A program made the translations under genes and the position numbers. DNA of 63,274 nt, the filler included, from Octopus bimaculoides (taxonomy: Eukaryota): the NCBI RefSeq assembly GCF_001194135.2. It is 4 parts of 3 records of this genome, joined end to end, with 100 filler letters (N's around TTAATTAATTAA, not from the genome) between each part and the next. Parts side by side here need not be neighbours in the genome. Positions count along the whole stretch, not along the records: positions 50,119 to 60,179 come from NC_068997.1; positions 60,280 to 63,274 come from NC_068981.1; 2 more parts are not named here. One strand, written 5' to 3'. The notes under the pieces were generated by a model. It was given only the letters and a program-made list of their open reading frames with translations. It made no database searches and had not been told where the DNA came from. Shown one piece after another: positions 50,154 to 60,369 of the stretch. Positions within the stretch are counted from its first letter, which is position 1; each line of letters starts with the position of its first letter.

Positions 50154-52825
50154 ATATTTATGTATGTTTGTATGTATGCACACATTCATACATTCATATG
50201 TGCAGTAGAATTGATTAAGTGAACGAATTCTCTACATATCATGTTATATATTCTCTCCACGTATATATATAATTCTTTGCCTCTGTCTCTGTCTATTTAT
50301 CTACTTACCTACACAACTCTCTGTCTCTCTCTCCCTCACTCTCTGTCTCTTTCTCTGTCTTTCTCTCCCTCACTCTCTGTCTCTTTCTCTGTCTTTCTCT
50401 CTCTTTCTCTCTTTCTCCCCATATATATTTCACTAGATAGACAAGTATAGATGGATATTAAAAGAGAAAGAAAGATAGACAGAGACATGCAAGGGACACG
50501 TAGAACTGCATCGTATGGAGTTAATGTTACGTCTGCACCTATTTTAATTAGGCTATCTAACTGAATTATATCTCAAATTATTTTTACTCTTATTTTGTCA
50601 TGCATCTGACAGAGCCATTGACACCCAGGGTTTTCTATGCTTCTGATTTTAAAAAAATGCGTAGTATTGATTCGAAACCGCACGACTCGCTAGCCTCTCA
50701 GACACCACGACCGTATTATAATAGTTTCACGTGATCGCCCTATTAAGAAACCAATCAACGGCAAAAATCTAACTTCAAAGATCTTTCACATGTACCCTTA
50801 ATACATTTACCTATAAACGAATTGGGTTTTTTCACATTCAACTTCATGAACAATTTATCGATAACCAATTTAACTATTCTGGCTTTTAAATTTTACATCA
50901 ACTTCCCATATACCTTAATACAAATAATCATTAAATACTTAATTAACTATACTGATTTTCAACGAATTTATATGACGTTTAATTACGGAATCGAACATTA
51001 ACATTAAATTCCTAGGTACAAATTAGATTCACAGACATGAACTGCTTAATTTAAATTTCAAATTAATTTTGCCGTTTCGACTGGATTCTTAATGATGAGT
51101 ACATACTAAAGTTATTAGTAACAGCTATTGCCTTGAGTATGACTCCACACTCTAGAAATAGCGTTTGAATTGAAAGTAGCTTTTAATAATATAAATGTTA
51201 TCGATATGGATGTTTCTCCGGACGCTATCCCGCAGCTAATTGTTGTATAAACACTACGACTGTGAGATCGGTGAGCTGCACGTTAGTAGAGGTGTATTTA
51301 CTTCAACATTTAATTTAGTTTCACATTAGCTCAGCCACTGTACATCAGCAAACATTTTTATACTATTGTATTTATGGGTCTCCGACCAGCGATACGATTT
51401 GTTTTGAGTCGAGTCAAGTATACGATACTGATGAGCTAAAACGATAACGAAATACCGCTCCCCTCCACACAAACACGAACACACAAAACAAAACTTTTGT
51501 TTCTGTACTAAGAAAACAAGGGAAAGAATCTCAGTGTCTCAGGGCATGTGGAAAATCAGAGTTCCAGTTGGACAATTGATACATTGTGAGTATTATAAAT
51601 CTTTAAAAGTATAAAATAAGACTACGCGTTTTCATGAAGTATTTGTTTGCAAGTGTGGCTGCATGAGTGTGTTTGTGTATTACAAAGCAGTCACTGTATT
51701 AAACTGTCAAATTGGTGACTTGGAGTCCGCGTTGAACATTTTAGCAGCTGATTCTGAAATCGAAACGACCACGGCAAACTTAGCTATAGCAGTGGAACGT
51801 ACCACAGTAACAATAACCGCAGCTACAAACACAACCACAATAGATTTATGTATGTATATATANNNNNNNNNNNNNNNNNNNNNNNNNNNNNNNNNNNNNN
51901 NNNNNNNNNNNNNNNNNNNNNNNNNNNNNNNNNNNNNNNNNNNNNNNNNNNNNNNNNNNNNNNNNNNNNNNNNNNNNNNNNNNNNNNNNNNNNNNNNNNN
52001 NNNNNNNNNNNNNNNNNNNNNNNNNNNNNNNNNNNNNNNNNNNNNNNNNNNNNNNNNNNNNNNNNNNNNNNNNNNNNNNNNNNNNNNNNNNNNNNNNNNN
52101 NNNNNNNNNNNNNNNNNNNNNNNNNNNNNNNNNNNNNNNNNNNNNNNNNNNNNNNNNNNNNNNNNNNNNNNNNNNNNNNNNNNNNNNNNNNNNNNNNNNN
52201 NNNNNNNNNNNNNNNNNNNNNNNNNNNNNNNNNNNNNNNNNNNNNNNNNNNNNNNNNNNNNNNNNNNNNNNNNNNNNNNNNNNNNNNNNNNNNNNNNNNN
52301 NNNNNNNNNNNNNNNNNNNNNNNNNNNNNNNNNNNNNNNNNNNNNNNNNNNNNNNNNNNNNNNNNNNNNNNNNNNNNNNNNNNNNNNNNNNNNNNNNNNN
52401 NNNNNNNNNNNNNNNNNNNNNNNNNNNNNNNNNNNNNNNNNNNNNNNNNNNNNNNNNNNNNNNNNNNNNNNNNNNNNNNNNNNNNNNNNNNNNNNNNNNN
52501 NNNNNNNNNNNNNNNNNNNNNNNNNNNNNNNNNNNNATATATATATATATATATATACATATATATATACGTGTGTGTGGGTGTGTTTCTGTGTAATTGT
52601 AAAATCCAGGGATCTATGTGTAGGAAGTTTGTAACTTTATTTAATATTATATTTTTGGCGAATTCACTTGAGATTCCTTCACGACAATGTAACATTCATA
52701 TAACTAAGGTATCCTCGGCCTGGTAAGTCGTACGTGGGTTATGCATTAGCATGCATATATATAAATTGACAGAATAAAAAAAAAACAAGGAGTAAATAGA
52801 TTTCCTGACATTTATTAAGAAAAAG

Positions 52826-52873
52826 GTCTTACAGCTGTTTCCGATATATTTTATATATACCTTCATCAGAGAC
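52826..52873 (-). ncRNA. Type I hammerhead ribozyme (PLE pseudo-LTR type)
   Basis: Minus strand GTCT-CTGATGA-AGGTATATATAAAATATATCG-GAAA-CAGCTG-TA-AGAC: full core, helix I GTCT/AGAC, 7-bp helix II, palindromic ACAGCTGT helix III, GUA cleavage triplet. Confidence 0.8.
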
Positions 52874-54076
52874 GATGCGAGAAAATGTTTGAGTATTAAT
52901 TATTGTTGACAAGATATGAAATGCAGAAGGAATTAAGAGAGTGAATATAGAAGTGAGATACATTAAGGATATTGTATTTGCAGTTCCATTATTCAAGTGA
53001 TGAAAAAAATTTTGGGGTGAAGAAATTTTCTTGTACCTGGTGTGTTCTATATTCATTCTCATATTTCTCTCTGTATTTCATATCTTCGTCGGTTTTCTTC
53101 CCAGACCGAGCGGCACGTGTGTCCTGTCCTTTTACATTGCTCTATTCCACTCACCTGTAAATTAGTAACTCTGCAAAAGAATAGCCTTCTGATCAGATGT
53201 AACGTTGGCCTGCGAGGTGGCATCGTTCGAAATCTAAAACGATGCAAAGTGCATTGTGATCAGCGTAGTGTAACGACATAGTCTGGTCGATAACGTGATC
53301 CCATTATAAAGTTATAAATATTTCTATTGTAATTGATGTAGAACACTTAGATGCTTTTATGGTATCGAAATATTTGCAAACTTTGTATTTCAAATAGTAT
53401 TTTAATTAAAATAATTTGACGCTAGAGCTCATATATATTATAGACATAATTGTTGTTATTAATGAGGGAAAATGTATATGGCTTTACATTTTTTGTAATA
53501 GAAATCTTTTTGGAAAAGATTAATTGGAAAAAATTATCTTACATGCCCGAGTGTACACGGAGGTGCTAAATATGATTGTACATGCATACGTTTCGATAAA
53601 TGCTGCTTCTTGTGGTAACAGTACACACACACACACACACACATATAAGAAACTAGAATGACAAAGGAATAAAAAAATATATGTCATGAACTTCTTCAGC
53701 ATACAGATGTTTCTGCTTTAGGAAGCAGTTATAGCTGAGTTCTTGAGTATCAATGTATAGCTTCATCGGAGCTTCAAACATAGATTGAAATTTTATTTGG
53801 GAAAACACTTACGTATATACAGAAATGCATTAACACATATAGTGAAATTGGAATTGAAATGCGAAGTGTTGTCAGAAAATTACCATCCTAAATTCTCCAA
53901 GAGTCCTCAGAAAAATTCTTGAGCTCTGAGAAGACTTGTCACCAAATCTCATTAACATCCAAGTACCAAATCATATAATTTGTGGAAAAGACACCGTGAT
54001 ACCTCTGACAACAGGTTGTTGTCGACTCTCATAGAATCAAGCAGAGCAAGAAAGACCGAGAGTTCTGGGAAGTAAA

Positions 54077-54078
54077 AC

Positions 54079-54133
<55 letters not shown>

Positions 54134-54170
54134 TTAATAATAATAATAATAATGATAATAATAACAATAC

Positions 54171-54237
<67 letters not shown>

Positions 54238-54457
54238 AATAAATAAATAGATAAATGATAATAACCTAGTTAGGATACCTGAGAAATTGTATAAAAACTG
54301 TGATAAAAATATCACAAAAGAAAAAACAATTGCTAAAAATATAATATAGAAGATGAAATTTAACTAAACTTTAAAATAATTTTAAATTAAATTAAAAACT
54401 AAAACAACACGCCCCTAACCAGTCCTACGTCTTTCTCCGACCACAAACAACATCAAC

Positions 54458-54490
<33 letters not shown>

Positions 54491-55141
54491 AAGAATAAGA
54501 AGAAGAAGAAGAAGAGGAGGAGGATGAGAAGGAGGAGGAGGAGGAGGAGGAGCAGGAGGAGCAGGAGGAGGAAGAAATAAAATAAAGGAGAGCAATGAAG
54601 TAAAATGAGTCTAAAACACCATGTACAGTGTTTAGTTTTACAGCATTAGTTGCTAAATAGAACTTTATGCTGATTATAAAACTCGTGTACAANNNNNNNN
54701 NNNNNNNNNNNNNNNNNNNNNNNNNNNNNNNNNNNNNNNNNNNNNNNNNNNNNNNNNNNNNNNNNNNNNNNNNNNNNNNNNNNNNNNNNNNNNNNNNNNN
54801 NNNNNNNNNNNNNNNNNNNNNNNNNNNNNNNNNNNNNNNNNNNNNNNNNNNNNNNNNNNNNNNNNNNNNNNNNNNNNNNNNNNNNNNNNNNNNNNNNNNN
54901 NNNNNNNNNNNNNNNNNNNNNNTTTTTCTTCTTTTTCTTCTTTCCCTCTTTTCATCTTTTCATTTCTTCCTTCCTGTTTCTTCATTCTTGGTTTCTAAAT
55001 ATTAAAAAAAAAATTCTATTTTCATTAACAGCATCACTTTAATCCTCCTCCTCCTCCCCTTCTTCTTCTTCTTCTTCTTCTTCTTCTTCTTCTTCTTCTT
55101 CTTCTTCTTCTTCTTCTTCTTCTTCTTCTTCTTCTTCTTCT
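54077..55141. repeat. Trinucleotide microsatellite cluster: (TAA)n, (GAA)/(GGA)n, (TCC)/(TTC)n around a gap
   Basis: Seen directly. Confidence 0.95.
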
Positions 55142-55739
55142 CATCATTTATTTTTCTTCAACTTTATTTCTTCGTACTTGTTATTGTTTGTTTTCTTTTT
55201 ATTATTTTTGTTGTTATTGCTTAACCCGATGTCAGCCATAATTGAGAAGATCTGAGATCAAACAAATTCCAGTCGTGACCATCCGGACTCTTTATTCTTT
55301 CAACATCAACATATACATAGGACTATGTTATGTAATGTGCCTTTCCATTTCGAAGACGGTTTGGTGCAATTTCAGAGAGACATGGTTACTATTTTCAGCA
55401 AGAAGAACGACCAAACTGGGTCAACCTATTTGTTGATGGCGATATTTCTTTCTTCGTAATATTCTCAGACTTCACATTACATTTAATGATGATGATGATG
55501 AGGATGATGATGATGATGGAGTTGGTGGTGGTGGTGATGATGGTGGTGGTGGTGGTGATGATGATGATGATGATAATAACAATGCAAGTGATTAGTACAT
55601 GCTCAGTTGGTATCCATGGACATTAGTTTGAAGAAAGGCAAAGTTTTGTGTGCAATTGCTTTGGTGCAAGTGCATCTATACATGTAAATCTATGCATGCG
55701 TATATCTACATGCATGAATATGTATATGAATGTATACGG

Positions 55740-55777
<38 letters not shown>

Positions 55778-56079
55778 ACATATCATCCTGTATGTACCTA
55801 CATCCATACGTGTATAGATGTGAATATATGGAGGAATATACATATAAATGTGTGTGTGTGTGTGTGTTTATGTGTATGTGTTTGAATGTTTGCGTTTTGT
55901 GTGTGAAAGAATATCTGTGTGCGCCTATGCGTGCCTACGCATTCGCATAATTCTGCATCAATTTACGTATATATACATGTGAGCACGAATGGAGATGTGT
56001 ACAGGGTAAATATAATATATATATATATATTTATTTATTTATATATATTCGTGTGTTTATGATTATATGCGTGTGTGAA

Positions 56080-56093
56080 TATTTATATTATAT

Positions 56094-56150
<57 letters not shown>

Positions 56151-56656
56151 TGTATGAAGGTGTGTGTGTTTGCACTTGTGTACACGTTGTGTATGTATGA
56201 GGGTATATATGTGCGGGCCTCTGTGTGTGTGTGTGGATGTGTGTGCGTGTGTGTGTGTGGATGTGTGTGCGTGTGTGTGTGTGTATGCGTGTGTGTGTGT
56301 GTGTGTCCCCGCGTGTGTGGATACGCATGTTGGAACAATTTTACGTTGTATAACAATTGCAGCCATTGAAATAATAATAATGATGAGAGTGTCTGAAATA
56401 AGGTAGTGAACGATATGCAATAATTACACAAGTTTGGCCCCAGATCAAAGACGCCGTTCAATTACGTCCACATTAGCACATTCTCCAAGATTGATGCTTT
56501 AATAATCTATTGAATTCTCACAATAATCTGGCAGCAGATGGCATTATCGCTCCTGGAATCTCTGTCCTCCTCATAAGTCTATCCAGTACAGGTAAGATAA
56601 CTCGAAGAACGGTAATGTTGATGACAGGTTTAGCACTAATGGTGACGTTGGATTTG

Positions 56657-56692
<36 letters not shown>

Positions 56693-56923
56693 ATACTACT
56701 ACTATGACTACTACTAGCACTGCTACTAGTTGTAGTAGTAGTAGTAGTTGTTGTTGTTGTGGTAGTAGTAGTAGTAGTATTGATTGTTGTAGTATTGGTG
56801 CAAGTAGGAGTATTGAGCGAGTGAGATGCTGTTTGGTCATTTTGTTGAATACAGAACGAAAGAAATGAGACGGACAAATAAAGATAGAAAGTAAAGAAAA
56901 GAGGGAGAGAGACAGATGGAGAA

Positions 56924-56961
<38 letters not shown>

Positions 56962-57010
56962 TGAGAGGAAGAGGGAAGAAGAAGTGAAAGGGAGAGAGAT
57001 GGAGAGTGAT
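56080..57010. repeat. Simple-repeat cluster (TA, TG, CTA/TAG/TTG, GA)
   Basis: Seen directly. Confidence 0.95.
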
Positions 57011-57379
57011 GAGGGATATTGTTAGCGATGTCTTCTAAAAGACAACAATCTATTGAACAGGACAAAACCGAATCAGCCTCCGTTCACAAGAGATTCCCGC
57101 TCACAAGTTGTACGACCACCATTTTGCTATTTTGTTTTCCTTGTTTTCGTAATTACTTCTATTGTTAATATTGACGGTGGTTAGACATATTCTTGTTGTT
57201 GGTGTTGATATAGTGGCGTTAATGGTGCTAGCGGTGGTGGTGGTGGTGGTGGTGGTGGTGATGTTTTATACGATAATGTAGATTTCTTTACTTTATTAAT
57301 GTCTTGTGATGCTCCTGATAATATTTGTACCATTATTTTCTTTTGTTGTTGTAGATAGAGTAATGATGATGTAGCGCGA

Positions 57380-57712
57380 AGGAGCGTGGCTTAGTGGCTA
57401 AGGTGTTCGGTTGACGATCGAAAGGTCGTGAGTTCGATTCCTAACGGTGCGTCGTGTCCGTCAGCAAGAAACTTTATTTCATGTTGCTCCAGTCCACTCA
57501 ACCGGCAAAAGTTTGTTGTTCCTGCAATTCGAAGGGGAACAGCCTAGTCACATTCTGTGTCACGCTGTATCTCCCTCAAAGCTACATTAGGTGTACGCGT
57601 ATCTGTGGCGTCTGGTGAGTGCTCAACCACTAGTATGTTAAGTTCACAAAAAGGTTGTTCCGTTGATCAGGTGATCTCGTACCCTCGTCGTCGAAACTGA
57701 CGGTATACCATT
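57380..57712 (+). mobile_element. Chimeric SINE: family C-like head with family D-like body and tail
   Basis: Head gcgtggcttagtggctaagg..gagttcgattcc..gttgctccagtccactca; tail gagtgctcaaccact..gttccgttgatcag..ccctcgtcgtcg as at 36005-36100. Confidence 0.8.
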
Positions 57713-58401
57713 TCTATCGATGTGGTTATTATGGTGTTGATGTTTATGCTTGTGATTTGGCTTGTAGAGACTGTGTCTTCAGATATAATGGTTGGATTAT
57801 CACCTTTGGTTGATAGAACAAAGAAAGGTCAAAATAACAATCATGAGAGACAACGTTATTCTTTACTTCTGCCAAATCTTTCTTGATAACGCCTGAAAGG
57901 AGACAGAAAGAGTAAAAGAAACAGAGGGACAGATAGATACATTTAGACATTTAATTACATTACTGCATCCATATGTATGTTTACGTATAAATGTAATGTA
58001 TATATATACATTACATGCATGTGTGAGTATGTGTGCGTGAGTGTATAAAAAGAGGAACAGGATTTATTCGACTAAAAAATTCTTCATGTTGGTTCCCCAG
58101 CATGGCTGTAAATCCAATGATTGAAACAAACAAAAGGTAAAAGATATATATGTATGTATATATATACATTTATATGTGTAATGTGCAAAATTAGAAAGTG
58201 TGAAGAGAGTCAGGGAGAGATATTGTTTAAGATAAGGAAGCCTCAAATACTTGTAATTAAGTTTCGCATTGGCGCGTGTTAAAGAGCGTGAAAACACAAC
58301 TCAGTTAATTTTTCAAGTGACGCATTTCACCATATACATGCGCACACTCGCTCGTACACACACACACACACATACATACATACATAGACACATGACTACC
58401 T

Positions 58402-58443
<42 letters not shown>

Positions 58444-59469
58444 CTGTCGGCAACTGAAAATTGTATAGAACGTAACTTATAGATGGAGATATCGTACACA
58501 TAGTGAACCACGCCTAATAATAGAATTGAACTGTAATAATATTATCGGAATAACATCAGCAACAATAACTGAAAGATGAACATCACATAGCATGATAATG
58601 TAGGTTAATCTTTTGTATAATATATTTAATTCAAGTTTAATGGAATCCATCTTGTAGACTGAAGGGCGCCTGAACACAGCCAAACTAATACTTGTTTTCT
58701 AACTGTTACCCTTGTAAACTGACTTGTAAGTCTCAATGAATGTAAACCTTCAGTTAATATATGTATAAATATATATGTGTGTGTGTGTATATATGTGTGT
58801 GTGTATATATATATATGTATATATATGTGTATATANNNNNNNNNNNNNNNNNNNNNNNNNNNNNNNNNNNNNNNNNNNNNNNNNNNNNNNNNNNNNNNNN
58901 NNNNNNNNNNNNNNNNNNNNNNNNNNNNNNNNNNNNNNNNNNNNNNNNNNNNNNNNNNNNNNNNNNNNNNNNNNNNNNNNNNNNNNNNNNNNNNNNNNNN
59001 NNNNNNNNNNNNNNNNNNNNNNNNNNNNNNNNNNNNNNNNNNNNNNNNNNNNNNNNNNNNNNNNNNNNNNNNNNNNNNNNNNNNNNNNNNNNNNNNNNNN
59101 NNNNNNNNNNNNNNNNNNNNNNNNNNNNNNNNNNNNNNNNNNNNNNNNNNNNNNNNNNNNNNNNNNNNNNNNNNNNNNNNNNNNNNNNNNNNNNNNNNNN
59201 NNNNNNNNNNNNNNNNNNNNNNNNNNNNNNNNNNNNNNNNNNNNNNNNNNNNNNNNNNNNNNNNNNNNNNNNNNNNNNNNNNNNNNNNNNNNNNNNNNNN
59301 NNNNNNNNNNNNNNNNNNNNNNNNNNNNNNNNNNNNNNNNNNNNNNNNNNNNNNNNNNNNNNNNNNNNNNNNNNNNNNNNNNNNNNNNNNNNNNNNNNNN
59401 NNNNNNNNNNNNNNNNNNNNNNNNNNNNNNNNNNNNNNNNNNNNNNNNNNNNNNNNNNNNNNNNNNNNN

Positions 59470-59508
<39 letters not shown>

Positions 59509-60148
59509 TATACATATATATACAAAAAGAGAGGGAGAGAAAGAGAGAAGGAGAGAGAGGTGGATAGATATGTTTATATGATAAAATATATTCTGTCATG
59601 TCATAAAATGTTCGACAGCTGGCGTGAATGTCCGTAATGAGTAAGACGTCTATGATTCAACTACGTTGATGATGATGATGATGATGATGATGTTGGTAAT
59701 GATTAAGATAATGATGATGATAACTGATGATGCTAAAAGTAGCACTAATAAAATTTATAATTATCAGCATCATTATAATTATTAAACAGAATAATAATAT
59801 TATATGTCAGATTAGAAATATGTACCAAGACAACCCCAGGAAGTATAAATATTTGGAACACTACTAAATAAAGTACTTCAAGTGTGATTATTATGTGTAA
59901 AAACACACACAGTTACTTACGAACGGAACTTAATACGTCACAGAAAAATGTAAAATAAATGAGTAAAAAAATCATTGTATTCACAGACCGCAAATCAGCA
60001 ATATGCGATGTGAACGTCACGTTTATAAGTTAGACGTTAAAGGAATGAACAAGATTATATGGAAAAGCAGGTTATTTCATGCCACCACTATACGTGTAAA
60101 TATGTTTGGGAGTGTCTGTATGTGTGCATATATTAGAGTGTGTGTCTG

Positions 60149-60179
<31 letters not shown>

Positions 60180-60279
60180 NNNNNNNNNNNNNNNNNNNNN
60201 NNNNNNNNNNNNNNNNNNNNNNNTTAATTAATTAANNNNNNNNNNNNNNNNNNNNNNNNNNNNNNNNNNNNNNNNNNNN

Positions 60280-60324
<45 letters not shown>

Positions 60325-60369
60325 TATATATATGTACATATACACACATACACATATATATAAACACAC

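Noticed and set aside
51425-51460. CTGATGAG...CGAAATACC hammerhead-like string
   Set aside because: Helix I and helix II cannot be paired; likely chance or too decayed
56088-57065. HT-, CV-, YI-, poly-L/S/T/N ORFs here and throughout
   Set aside because: Translations of di- and trinucleotide microsatellites in several frames; no coding evidence
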